Source: the human T2T-CHM13v2.0 reference genome, Homo sapiens
Reading direction: 5' to 3' (one strand)
Assembly: GCF_009914755.1 (NCBI RefSeq)
Contig: NC_060929.1
Length of the DNA: 64,000 nt
The notes under the pieces: model-generated
The model's database searches: none
What the model saw: the letters and a program-made list of their open reading frames with translations, nothing else
What the model was told of the DNA's origin: nothing
Shown here: positions 47,535 to 63,278 of the stretch, piece after piece
How the letters are laid out: each line of letters starts with the position of its first letter
How positions within the stretch are numbered: the first letter of the stretch is position 1
Position numbers and translations under genes: made by a program

Positions 47535-47868
47535 TGTTGGAACTCAGAAAACAATACTCCAAAATATGGTGCTTTGGCACGGTGAGTTCTTTAAAGGATA
47601 TTGAAACGACTCAAAGGCAAAGTCTCTGACCTTCTCTTGCCCCTCTTTCTCCCTCAAAGTGAGTAACAGAAACCTCTTTCCCAAGGTGAGTCATAGAAAG
47701 TAGAACTCCTCTTCCCCAAAGGAAGCCATAAAACCTAGAAATGTTACTCTCCTTTCTCCCTTGAAAACCCTCATTCCAGAGGGGTCCTGCCCCCTACCTG
47801 GAAGGAAGGAATGCTACATAGGCCAAGAAAAATCTGGAAAGGCCTTGCTGGGTTTGCTCCCTCAGTCT
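47535..47868 (+). mobile_element. MER39-like LTR, 5' part
   Basis: Starts TGTTGGAACTCAGAAAACAATACTCCAAAATATGG. Family is from recall. Confidence 0.55.
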
Positions 47869-48072
47869 GTTTAGAGTAAAGATCTTAGGTCCACAAGGTA
47901 TTTCCTTATGGACAAATCATGAGGGAGCAATGTAGCTTTTTTTTTTTTTTAAATTTTTGTAGCTATCTTATTTAGGAATAAAATGGGAGGCAGTTTTGCT
48001 GGATGCTGTTCCCAGCTTGACTTTTCTCTTTGACTTAGTGATTTGGGGGTCCTGAGGTTTATTTTCCTCTCA
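47868..48072 (-). mobile_element. MER4-group LTR 5' fragment
   Basis: The reverse complement resembles the start of the 45296 LTR (...AAATCACTAAG...AAAAGTCAAGCTGG...CTGCCTCCCATT). Confidence 0.55.
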
Positions 48073-48388
48073 TAAACTCATTCACACTATTTTTGCTTCC
48101 CCTCCCAACAACTCTAAGCTCTGCTGGTTTGGAGGCTTAGTGTACAAAAGAGTATTGCTTCTACCAGTAAACACAACAATGGTTCCACTGAACTAGAGAC
48201 TTCTACCTAGTCATTAAACCAACAGGCAGCAAAAGAGGTTAGTCTACTGGCCCACGTGACTGATTCCAATTAGCAGAGGAAAAATGGGTTACTGCACAAA
48301 ATGTAGGCAAGAAAGACTACATCTGGAACTTAGGCCATTCTCTTATGCTCCTGTTAGTATTGCCATGCCCACTATTAAAGATTAATGG

Positions 48389-49183
<795 letters not shown>

Positions 49184-50062
49184 CTATAGCCTTGTGTCCC
49201 ATTATAGAAACAAAGACTGTAGTAAGTAGCTTTTTGCATTTTCTCTTTGCTTACTATATATATAGTATAAGATATTGAAGGTAAACTTTATAAGGTAGTC
49301 TTTAGTTAACAGAATATTCAGAGGCACTATGACAGATTACATACAAATATAGCTAGCAATGATTGTTGTTGTGTGTCTCCTTATTTGGGGGAGAGGGTAA
49401 GAACTCCATTTGTATAAAGGATAGTTTTGTCTTGTTACGTAGACACAGATTGTTGAATGGAATTTCAAGTGTGTTTAGAAGCATTCATAAGGAAGCTGAG
49501 CAGCCAGGGGAGTGGACTGTGACAGTTATTTACTGCCTCTCCAAACATACTGGCTCTCAGCTTCAAATCTACCCTTTATTGCCATACTTTGTGATAAGGA
49601 TGAGAATTGTGTAAATGTTCTCCTTTGCTAGCTGAAAATGTTACAGTTTTGTCAGCAGAGGGTGCTAGAGTAACACTGCAGTAAGAAAGTCTTTCCTCTG
49701 CAATTGGAGGGCTTCTGTTTCCTGTCCCCAGCTTCAGGGGCCATCTGCATCCTGGTAAGGGGGGTCTCCTAAGTGCCACTCCTGGTCAGCAGTTCCCTTC
49801 CCCTTCCTGCCAGCCTTGACCAGACAACTGTGGACCAGCTCTGTCCCAGAGCAACCCAGTGAATGTCTCTGCTATTTATTGGGCTGCAACTAACATTCTT
49901 CAACCAAGTCTCAACTCTAGTCGTGAGGAAGGGGTCTGTCTCCCTTTCAAGTTTGTTTTGTCTTTGGGAACTCGCCCTCAGCTGTAGGGTATTCTGCTTT
50001 ATCCTTCTTAGTAGCTAATCCCTTGAACTAGTTTAATTTTAAAATTAAACTTTACCTGCTCA

Positions 50063-50365
<303 letters not shown>

Positions 50366-51757
50366 TCAAACTTCACTTGTTCCAATTACGGTATGGTTTC
50401 TGTATTCTGACTGAAGAAGCCAAAAATTACTTGATGCTTAATATATGCTAAGCATTATTCCAGGTAGTTTATTTGTTATAGTAACTCACAAATCCTAAAA
50501 ATGAACCTACAATAGCCTATTATAAATCTTTCACACAAAAGATAAATTCCCTAATCAGTATTATTCTTTAGAATAAAGATTAAACTTCCATAATCATGTT
50601 TCCTGTGAAGTTTATGATTACATTCATGCATACCATGATTTTTCTAAAATCTCAAACATTCTGATTATTTACTTAAAAAGATAAACTTCATTGTCTTGAT
50701 CACAAACTAGTAGTGAATTATTGCAGTTGATTAAGGGCTATTAAAAGTCCTCATAACAAAGATCTTGACCATTCAGAACAGCAGGAGTGTTCAACAGAAA
50801 AATACTAATAATCTTAAAATATAACCATAGGCAATATCAATCCAGCATATTCAGTTCTCAGGGACTAACAATACAAATTCATTAATGTGAGTTTCACAAA
50901 TACAGGGAAAAGGAACAATGGCCAAAAAGCTCAAAAAAAGCCAAGAACTACTATATATTTATAAATACAGTCAACTATATGTGTTATTCAACTGGTCAAT
51001 TAGCACATTTCATTTAACCAAAGGCCAATGATGTAAAGTTTCAGGAGTCAAGGCATGACTTCTAAAATGATACTTAAATTGAGATGTCCCATATCCTGAT
51101 ATTTATGTTAAATAGTTATGCCACTAAATTAACTACAATTGGAAGTCTTACTTTAAAAGCCTAGAAATTTCTTCTCAACATTTTGGGAAAAAAGTCACAA
51201 AAAATTACATTTTTATGTCACTAAAGCATACGTTGAGGCCCTAAAATCTTAATAATTACTAACAGAATTCCACAACTGACCTTCTTTCTACCACCCTTCT
51301 CTTTTACCTAATAGTTAAAATAATTAACAATTACTTCTAACAGCCAGGCACTGTTCTAAGAGCTTTATGTAGAGTAAGTCATTTATTTCTCAGAACTAGC
51401 TTATGCTATGAAAGAGGTTGTATTATTATGCTCATTTTACAAATGAGCAAAGTAAGGCACAAAGAAATTAAGTAATCTGCCCAAGAAACAGTAGAGCAGA
51501 TATGAACTCATGAAGTCTGGCTCCAGAGTGTGAACCCTTATAGACTTCTGTTGAGAACATTTGTAGTAGTTTCCTAACACCTCATGACAATACTTAAGTA
51601 GGTACCATTATTATTCCCATTTGTCAGCCAAGAAAACTAAAATTTGTCCAAAGTCACATAACTAGTGATGGAATCAGAATTTTAATCTAGTTGATTTACT
51701 CCAAAAACCAATTTCTTAACTATTATATCACCTCTCTACACCCAATAACAGCAATGA

Positions 51758-52100
<343 letters not shown>

Positions 52101-52326
52101 CATAAAACTAATTTTCAGACAGGAAGAAGATATCATGTCATGGTGTAAGCTTACAGATTATACCCTCAGAAATAACAAAAGATTAACTGATTCCTGCCAA
52201 GTATTTCCAATGGTGCCAACAAGCAAAGACATTTAAAAGATGTATCACTTACTGAAAGAAAATATACATCCTATACAAAATAGTTTAACATTAACTTTGC
52301 CTGCCATATAGCAAATGTAAACGTAC

Positions 52327-52410
52327 CTGCAAGGAGGCAAGACCATGGAGCCTTTCACAAGCACAGATCCAGAAAGTAGGATATACCAACATCTGGCAAT
52401 CGTTTCTGAA
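52327..52410 (-). CDS. RAPGEF6: RAPGEF6 coding exon (about exon 4), 84 nt, (C)SETIARCWYILLSGSVLVKGSMVLPPC(S)
   Basis: aaacag|TTCAGAA...TGCAG|gtacgt. Seen inside ORF 52245-52460. WYILLSGSV resembles a degenerate cNMP-binding domain motif. Confidence 0.94.
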
Positions 52411-53366
52411 CTGTTTAAATAAATAAGTAAATAAATGAGCAAAACAACACACATGTTCATATGTATATGAATTCAATAAGAAATATATTCTGATAATAGT
52501 ACAAATAATTAAAAATGAAGTAACACTACCTGGAAATTTGGAATATTTTGCCTGTTGCCTAAGGTTTTATACAGACCACGTTTATGTGAAATAAAAGTAT
52601 AATCACTATCTTAAGATACATACTATAAAACACCAATACTTAAAGTGAATAAAGTATTTTGGAAATACATTTTAGCAAAAAACAACAATCATTGTTTATA
52701 CTGTTCCTTGAAATAAATTTCAGTTTAATTAAAGCTTTAAAGCTAAGAAAGCAATTAAGAAACATGTTTCCTAGAAAAAAAGAAAACAGAAGAATTGTAT
52801 CACACTTGTAGAAGAAAATAACATTTAATTCTGAAGTATATTAGCACATACAAGTTAAAACTTGAATACAACAAAAAGATGAACAGAAAATAATTTTCAA
52901 ATGTGATACAATTAAAGATAATACCTGTAATAGGTATCAGTACTCACAGAAATGCATTACTATTTCAAGTAGTAAATGAACAGAAGATTAAAACAGACAA
53001 TTCTTAACAGCTACACAGAACACAGAGTCACTAGTAAACAGAAAATGCAAATGAAAACAACTCTAAAATACTAACCAAATCCACATATAGTATCCATTTT
53101 ACAGGGGCTGTGATAAAAATTTATTCACTGCTTACTAATACTACAAATCAAAATCACCAAAACCCTTTTTCCAATCAATATAGGAATCTTCAGCACAAGC
53201 CACAAGGATGTCATAACCTTTAGCTCCACAATGTTATCCCAAGGAATTTACCACAGAGAAATCATTCTTATTCTTCACAACAAAGTTTCAGATGAAGTTT
53301 TTCTCACTGCCTATGTTTTCTAATTTTGCTATAATTATATGTGCAATAATAGAAATACAAATTATT

Positions 53367-55422
53367 AGTAATAGTGGGGCACTGCTACAAAGATACCTGA
53401 AAATGTAGAAGTGACTTTGGAACTGGGTAACGGGCAGAGGCTGGAATGGTTTGGAGGACTCAGAAAAAGACAGAAAAGATGTGGAAAAGTTTGGAACTTC
53501 CTAGAGACTTGTTGAATGCTTTTGACCAAAATACTGATAAGTGATATAAACAATGAAGTCCAGGCTGAGGTGATCTCAGATGGAGATGAGGAACTTACTG
53601 GAAACTGGAGTAAAGGTCACTCTTGCTATGCTTTAGCAATTAGACTGGTGGCATTTTGCCCCTGCCCTACAGATCTATGGAACTTAGAACTTGAGACATG
53701 ATTTAGGGTATCTGGGAGAAGAAATTTCTAAGCAGCAAAGCATTCAAGAGGTGATCTGATTGTTTCTAAAAGTGTACGTTCATATGCATGAACAAAGAGA
53801 TTATCTGAAACTGGAACTTATATTTTAAAGGGAAGCAGAGCATAAAAGTTTAGAAAATTTGCAGCCTGATAATGTGGTAGAAAAGAAAACCCCATTCTCT
53901 GGGGAGAAATTCAAGCCCGCTGCAGAAATGTGCACAAAAGGAGCCAAATGTTAATAGCCAACACAATGGGGAAAATGTTTCCAGGGCATTTCAGAGTCTT
54001 TCAAGGCAGCCTCTCCTATCACAGGCCCAGAGGCCAACCAAAAATGATTCATGGGCTGGGCCCAGGACCCTGCTACTCTGTGTAGCCTCAGGACATGGTA
54101 CCCTGCATCCCAGCTGCTCCAGCTCCATCTGGGGGCAGATTTACCGCATGCTGTTCTCATGATAGTGAGCTCTCACAAGATTTGCTAGTTTAAAACTGTG
54201 TGGCCAAAAGGGGCCAACAGTATAGCTCAAGCCATTGAATCAGAGGCTGCAAGCCTCAAGCCTTGGCGGCTTCCACATGGTGTTGGGCCTGCGGGTACGC
54301 AGAGGTCAAAAGTTGAGGTTTGGGAATCTCTGCCCAGATTTCAGAGGATGTATGGAAATGCCTGGATGTCCAGGAAGAAGTGTGCTGTAGAGGCAGAGCC
54401 CTCATGGAGAACCTCCACTAGGGCAGTGCAGAGGGAAAATGTGGGGTTGGAGCCCCCACACAGAGTCCCCACTGGGGCACTATCTAGTGGAGCTGCGAAA
54501 AGGGGGCCATTGTCCTTCAGACCCCAGAATGGTAGAACCACAGTTTGCACTAGGAGCCTAGAAAAGCCACAGGCACTCAACGCCAGCCCATGAAGGTAGC
54601 CACAGGGGCTGTACCCTGCAGAGCCACAGGGGCAGAGCTGCTCAAGGCCTTGGGAGCCCACCACTTGCCTCAGGGTGCCCTGGATGTGAGACATGGAGTC
54701 AACGGAGGTTATTTGGAAGCTTTAAGATTTAATGACTGCCCTGCTGGGTTTCGGACTAGCATGGGACCTGTAGCCCCTTTATTTTGGCCAATTTCTACCA
54801 TTTGGAACAGGAGCATTTACCCCATGCCTGTATCTCCATTGTATTTTGGAAGTAACTAACTTGTTTTTGATTTTACAGGCTCATAGGTGGAAGGGACTTC
54901 CCATGTCTCAGATGAGACTTTGGACTTGGACTTTTAAGTTAATGCTGGATTGAGTTAAGACTTTGGGGGACTGCTGGGAAGGCATGATTGGTTTTCAAAT
55001 GTGAGAAGGACATGAGATTTGGGAGGGGCCAGTGGTGGAATAATATGGTTTGGCTCTATGTCCCCACTCAAATCTCATGTTGAATTGTAATCCTCATGTG
55101 TCAGGGGAGGGACCTGGTGGGAGGCGACTGGATCATGGGGACAGATTTTCCCCCATGCTGTTCTCATGACAGTGAGTTCCACAAGATCTGATGGTTTAAG
55201 TGTGGCATTTCCCCCCATCGCATTCTCTCTCTGTCTCCTGCTCCACCGTGGTAAGGAGTGCTTGTTTCCCCTTCACCTTCTGCTGTGATTGTAAGTTTCC
55301 TAAGACCTCCCACTCATGCTTCCTGTGAAGCCTGTGGAACTGTGAGTAAATTAAACCTCTTTTCTTCACAAATTACCCAGTCTCAGGTAGTTCTTTATGA
55401 CAGCGTGAGAATGGAGTAATAC
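53367..55422 (+). mobile_element. MaLR (THE1D/MSTA-type) internal region plus 3' LTR (about 55041-55422); 5' LTR absent
   Basis: Typical MaLR internal sequence (GATACCTGAAAATGTAGAAGTGACTTTGGAACTGGGTAAC), a PPT, and an LTR ATGGTTTGGCTCT...GAGTAATACA. Confidence 0.85.
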
Positions 55423-55424
55423 AG

Positions 55425-57965
55425 AGACCAAAGTTAATTTGCTATCAGCTTAAAATAGTGCATTATAACAAGAGTCTTTATGCTAGCTCTATAGTAAACA
55501 TAAAGTAAGTACAGCAGATACACAAAGGAGAAAGAGAAAGGAAACAAAGTATAGCACCACAGTGAGCCACAAAACCACAGAGATGAACAAGAGAGAAAGA
55601 AGGCTACAGAAAAAAAAATCTATAAAACAACCAGAAAACCATTAACACAAAGGCAGGAATAAATCCTTACCTATAAATAACAGCCTTGAATGTAACTGGG
55701 TAAGCTCCTCCAATTAATAGATATAGAATGGCTGAATGGATAATAAAACCCAAATGTATGCTGCGTATAACAGACTCACCTCACTGTTAAAGACAAACAT
55801 AGATTGAAAGTTAAGGGACAGAGGTTGGGTGCAGTGGCTTATGCCTGTAATCCTAGCACTTTGGGAGGCTGAGACAGGCAGATCACTTGAGGTCAGGAGT
55901 TCAAGACCAGCCTGGCCAACATGGCGAAACCCTGTCTCTACTAAAAAATACAAAAATTAGCTGGGTGTGGTGGTACGCGCCTGTAATACCAGCTACTTGG
56001 GAGGCTGAAGCACAAGAATCGCTTGAACACAGGAGGCAGAGGGTGCAGTGAGCCAAGGTCGCACCACTGTGCTCCACCCTGGGGAGCAGTGCGAGACTCC
56101 ATCATATAAAAAAAAAAAAAAAAAGTTAAAGGATAGAAAAAGACATCCATGCAAATGGAAAGCCAAAGCAAACAGGAGTAGCCATGCTTAAGTCAAAAAC
56201 TGTAAAAAGAGACAGAAAAGGTGATTATATAATGATAAAGGGATCAATTCAACAGGAAGATATAACAATTACATTATTTATAATATATATTATATAATCA
56301 TTATATAATATATATTTGTGTCTCATATATATATTTACAGTATATATTAACACACACACCCCAAACACTGGAGTGCCCAAGCTTGTAAAGCAAATATCAT
56401 TAGATATAAAGGGAGAGACAGACTATAATAGAGTAATAGCAGGGAATGCAAATACCCTACTTTCAGCAATGGACAGATCGATAGACCTCAAAATATACTA
56501 CAAAGCTACTGCAACCAAAAAAGCATGGTACTGACATAAAAACAGACCAATAGAGCAGAATGGATATCCCAGAATTAAACAGACAACTGATTTTCAAAAA
56601 AGGTGCCAAAGACACTTAGAAAATGTATATCTCCTTGCAGAAGAATAAGACTAAACTCCTACCTCTCACTATATACAAAAATCAACTCAAAATGGATTAA
56701 AGACTTAAATGTGAAACCTGAAACCACGAAATCTACTGGAAGAAAATAGGGGAAAATGCTATACAACACTGTGCTAGGCAAGGATTTTTAAAGCGAAGAC
56801 CTCAAAACACAGGCAACAGAAACAAAAACAGATAAATCTGATTACATCAAACTAAAAAGTTTTTGCGCAGCAAAGGAAACAACTGACAAAATGAATAGAC
56901 AACCTACAGAAATAGGAGAGAATTGCAAACTATACCTCTGACAATGGGTTAATATCCAGAATATATAAAAAACTTAATAGCAAAAAAAAACTGATTAAAA
57001 ATGGGCAAAATAGCTCAACAGACATTTCTGAAAAGACATAAAAATAGCCAATAGGTATATAAAAAAATATTCAAATAAACTAATCATCAGGGAAATGCAA
57101 ACTCAAATCACAACAAGACACCACTTCATTCCAGTGAGAATGGCTACCATCAAAAAGACGAAAACAAGTGTTGGCGAGGATTTCAGGAGAAGGGAACACT
57201 TATACACTGTTGGTGGGAACGTAAATCAGTAGTTATTATGGAAAACAATATGGAGGTTACTAAAAAAAAAAAAAATGGAACTTCTAGGTAATCCTGCAAT
57301 CCTACTACTGGATACATATCCAAAGGAAATGAAATCAGTATGTTACAGAAATATCTGCACTCCCATATTTTACAATAGCCAAAATACAGACTCAACCCAA
57401 GTGTCCAACAATGAATGAACAGATAAAGAAAATGGGGTATATATACTCAATAGAGTATCATTCAGCCATGAAAAGAATGAAATCCTGTCATTTGCAGCAA
57501 TATGGATGGAACTGGAGGATATTATGTTAAGTGAAATAAGACAGACATAGAGAGGCAAATACTGCAGAATATCACTTATACGTGGAATCTAAAAAATAAA
57601 AAGTTGATACCATAGAAGTGGAGTAGAACTGTGGTTACCAGAGACTGGAGTGGGGAGGTGGGAGAGAAAGATGAGGAGAGGTTGGGTAGTGGGTACAAAG
57701 TTACAACAAAATAAGAAAAATAAATTCTGGTGTTCCATTGCACAGTAGGATTATTATGGTTAACAGTAAAGTACTGTATATTACAAAATAGCTAGAAGAG
57801 AGGCTTTTGAATGTTTTCACCACCAAAAAATGATTAAATGTATGAGGTGATGGATATGCTAACTACCCTAATTTGTATATTATATAACACATAACTGTAT
57901 TGGAATACCAACTTGTACTCCATAAATATACACAACTATAATGTGTCGATTAAAAAGTTAAAAAA
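55425..57965 (+). mobile_element. L1MA-type LINE, internally deleted, with 3' end
   Basis: ORF2 endonuclease start near 55650 jumps at about 56480 to the C-terminal YYKAT..AWY region. 3' UTR and A tail follow. Confidence 0.8.
55823..56124 (+). mobile_element. Alu inside L1MA
   Basis: TSD AAAGTTAARGGAYAGA. Confidence 0.9.
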
Positions 57966-58976
57966 AGTATCAACATTGCTGGAAATGAGACCAAATAACC
58001 TAAAACCAACAGAAAAAAAACCTGCTATATTTATTACGTTCAAGAAAAAAGGAAAACAGATGATGGATTCAACCAAAGAACTGGTATCTATGAAACAGAA
58101 ATGAAAATCTAGAATTGAAAAACTACAATTAAAACTTAAAAATTCACATGAGTGGGTATTTTAGACTAGAAACAGCAGAAGACAGAAATTCACAAATTAG
58201 AAAATAAGGCAGTAGAAAATGGGAGACTGAAACACAGACAGAAAAAAGGACGGGAAGATGGAAAACAGTGTAAAGGAAATATGGGACAAAATAAAGCAGG
58301 AAGGAGGAAAGAGAAAACAGGACAGAAGCAATAATTTTTAAAATACTCTGTAAGAATTTTCCAAAATCGATGAAAGATATCAAATCAGGGTATCATGAAG
58401 ATCTATAAACCCTAAACAGAATAAATCCAAAGAAAACCATACCTAGCAACATTAGACAAAACTGCTGAAAAGCAAAAAGCAAGAAAAATCTCAGAAGCAG
58501 TCAGAGGAAAAAACATATTAACTGCAAAGGAGTAACAAGAACACTGATTACTGAGTCTTCAACATAAATAGAAGCAAGAACATGATAAAACATCTTAAAA
58601 GTGTTACAGAAAAAACTGCTCAAACTGTTTATGTTGGAAAAACACCCTCCTAAAACACTGCTGTGAAGAATTAAAGAAGACTAAATAAATGGAAGAATAT
58701 ACATGTTTGCAGATTGACAGATTCATTGTAACAACGTCATTTCTCTCTGAATTGATTTATGGATTTAATGCTATCCTAATCCAAAGCCCACAGCCTCCCA
58801 AAGGCTTTCTTGTGTATAACTGTGTGTGGAAATTGACAAGCTGATTCTAGAATTTACACAGAAAGGCAAAGCAACAGTGATAGCCAAGACAATCTTGAAG
58901 AACAAGCCTGAGTACAAGCCTGAGTTACTCTACTGAATACAAACTCATGCTATCAGATATCAAAACACACAGCTTA

Positions 58977-59465
<489 letters not shown>

Positions 59466-59599
59466 CTACACACACGGGGTCACTTAATTTAACACAAAGT
59501 GGACACTGCAGCGCAAGAGAGAAAAAGATAGTTTTTCAATAAATGGTGCTGGATCAACTGGATGTCCATAGGGATACCTAATGAATCTTGCCAATAATA

Positions 59600-60186
59600 A
59601 AATCCATGCCTTCAATCAACAATTTACATTTTAGAAAATTTGTATCCATTACTGTGAGCTTGACACTTCCCTAAACTTTTCAGAAGAGGCTGGTGGTGAT
59701 ATTAGCAATGCCATTTTTGATAAATTTTTTTTTAAAGTGCCAAAATGAGAAAAACTACATACACCAGGACCATGAATATTTTCCAAATGGCCAACGCATG
59801 GCATTACAAAAATCAAACATAGAGAAATGATTTATTCAATGTGCAAGATAGACCAATTGTTTCTAATGCAACACAGTAAAAAGTTCATGGATAAAGTCTC
59901 AGACCCCATACTGAAACTAATCTGTAAGCAACCTGTCAAGTTTTGGTACTGTTTTAAAGAAGAATACCCAACTTATCTGAAAAGAACTTTCCCGCATTTT
60001 TTTTTGTTTTAACAACTTCTCTGTATGAAGACTTCTTTCATTCAAAAAATATATCACAACAGACTGAATGCAACAGATATGACAATCCGATTAATGTCAG
60101 AAAGATATTAGATTTGCTAAACTATAATTAAATCTTTTATGAAAATAGTTCTTTCTCATAAATGTTAATTGTGTTAACATGTAATG
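59600..60186 (+). mobile_element. Charlie1-type hAT transposon remnant
   Basis: FWYCFKEEYP..L resembles the hAT transposase C-terminal dimerisation region. Confidence 0.6.
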
Positions 60187-60187
60187 A

Positions 60188-60462
60188 GGCTGGGCGCAGT
60201 GGCTCATGCCTGTAATCCCAGCACTTTGGGAGGCCGAGGCAGGCAGATCACCTGAGGTCACGAGTTCAAGACCAGCCTGGCCAATGTGGTGAAACCCCAT
60301 CTCTACTAAAAATACAAAAATTAGCCAGACGTGGTGGCACGCGCCTGTAGTCTCAGCTACTTCGGAGGCTGAGGCAGGAGAATCGTATGAACCCAGGAGG
60401 CGGAGGTTGTAGTAAGCCGAGATCGCGCCACTGCACTCCAACCTGGGTGACATGGTGAGACG
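60188..60462 (+). mobile_element. Alu followed by GA-rich tract
   Basis: Dimer lacking a normal A tail. Confidence 0.9.
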
Positions 60463-60622
60463 AAAAGAACTAACGAGAAGGAAGGAAGGAAGGAAGGAAG
60501 GGAGGGAGGGAGGGAGGGAAAAGAGAGGAGAGGAGAGGGGAGGGGAAGGGAGGGGAGAGAAGAGGAGAGAAGAGGAGAGGAGGAGGGAGCGAAGGAAGGA
60601 AGGAAGGAAGGAAAAAAAGAAA
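60463..60622. repeat. GA-rich low-complexity tract (GGAA/GGGA/GGAGA units)
   Basis: About 160 nt, almost purely purine on the + strand, in place of an Alu A tail. Confidence 0.95.
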
Positions 60623-60922
60623 CGTGATGGGTTTCTCATTAAATTTAAAATGACTAATAAATATTTTTAAAATTAAGAAAAATGAATCTTGAATTCTACC
60701 TCACATCAAAAGTAAAACTCAATTCCAAGATGAATTGTAGATCTATATTTGAGACAGAAAACACCAAACTTTTGGAGGAGAAACAAAGAAAATCTTCGCA
60801 ATCATGAAGAAAGGAAAGATTTGATTTTTTTTAAAACAGGACACAAAAGGCCCTAATCACAAGGGGACAAGTTGAGAAAGGAATTACTCTTTCTCAAAAG
60901 ATGCCAATAATAGAGCAAAAAG

Positions 60923-61385
<463 letters not shown>

Positions 61386-61701
61386 CTAGACATACCCAAC
61401 AAAGGACTTCCACTCAGAATTCAAAAATAACTTTTACAAATCAACAGAAATGATAAAGACAACCCAATTAATAAAAGAAGCTATCCAAATACCTGATAGA
61501 AACATAAATGTCATTCATCATCATTAGTAACAGGAAAATGTAAAATAAAATCACAATGAACTAACATAATGTAATCAGCAGCAGAGTAGCAAAAATTCAA
61601 AATAAGCAAACAATAAAACACAAACATTAAGGGTTGTCAAACATGTAGAGCAACTGGAACTTAACTATACACAGCTAATGGTTATTAAAATTGGCACAAT
61701 T

Positions 61702-62029
<328 letters not shown>

Positions 62030-62067
62030 TCACAATCTCCTGAATTTGAACATGCACATTTCCACTA

Positions 62068-62322
62068 CAGTCATGCCTTGCTTAATGATGGTGATACTTT
62101 CTGAAAAATGCATCATTAGATGATTTCATCATGCTAACATCATAGAGTGTACTTAACACAAACCTAGAAGATGGTATAGCCTACTATACATCTAGGTTAT
62201 ATGGTATAGCCTATTGCTCCTAGTTTACATACTTGCACGGCATGTTACTCTACTGAATACTGCAGGCAACTTGACACAATAGTCCATCACTGACTGAAAC
62301 AACGTTATGTGGCACATGACCA
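62068..62322 (+). mobile_element. Tigger3a/MER7A-type MITE (internally deleted)
   Basis: TA|CAGTCATG...CATGAC. Shares internal sequence with the 15749 copy. Confidence 0.8.
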
Positions 62323-62416
62323 TAATTTTATTCCTAGGAATATCCTCAACAGGAGTAAGCAATAAGGGCACAAAAATAACAGAATGTTAATAGAAACTGT
62401 ATTATTTATAATACTA

Positions 62417-62741
<325 letters not shown>

Positions 62742-63221
62742 AAACTAGAAATAACCCAACTATTAACAGTGGAAGGGACAAACAAATCATTATTTGCACA
62801 CAATTATATATTGTACAGCAGTGAAAAAGAACACATACAAAAACAGAAAAATTTGGATATTTATTAAGTAAAAAAGCATCACCAAAAGATTCTCTCTATA
62901 CCAAGTTCAATAAGTGGCAAAACTAACCTACAGTGATACAAGTCAGAATTGTCATTACCTTTCAAAGTTGATTAGAGCCTTCTGGAAAACTGGTATCTCT
63001 ATTTTCATCTGAGTAGTCATTACACATTTAGTATATATTTATTAAAATTCATTGCTTTGTACACTTTTGGTGGATTCTATGTATGTTATATACTTCATGG
63101 TCTATGAATATTTTTCAGTGTGCTCTACATAAATTGTCCCAGAATCAAATGAATTTCAATGCTAAGAGTTAAAATTTAAACATAAAAGTCATTAGTTTAT
63201 GTGAATTATGGAAATACTTAC

Positions 63222-63278
63222 CAAAAGAGAACCTGATTGCCACTGTATCTCTCATAGCGTGCTCTTGCAGACATTAAT
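63222..63278 (-). CDS. RAPGEF6: RAPGEF6 coding exon (about exon 3), 57 nt, (R)LMSARARYERYSGNQVLF(C)
   Basis: Minus strand: poly-T tract then taatag|ATTAATGTCT...CTTTTG|gtaagt. Phase 2-2 and joins in frame to the 52410 exon. Peptide recognised as the RAPGEF6 N-terminal region. Confidence 0.93.

Noticed and set aside
54198-54859. 131-aa and 89-aa ORFs
   Set aside because: Degraded MaLR internal ORF remnants.
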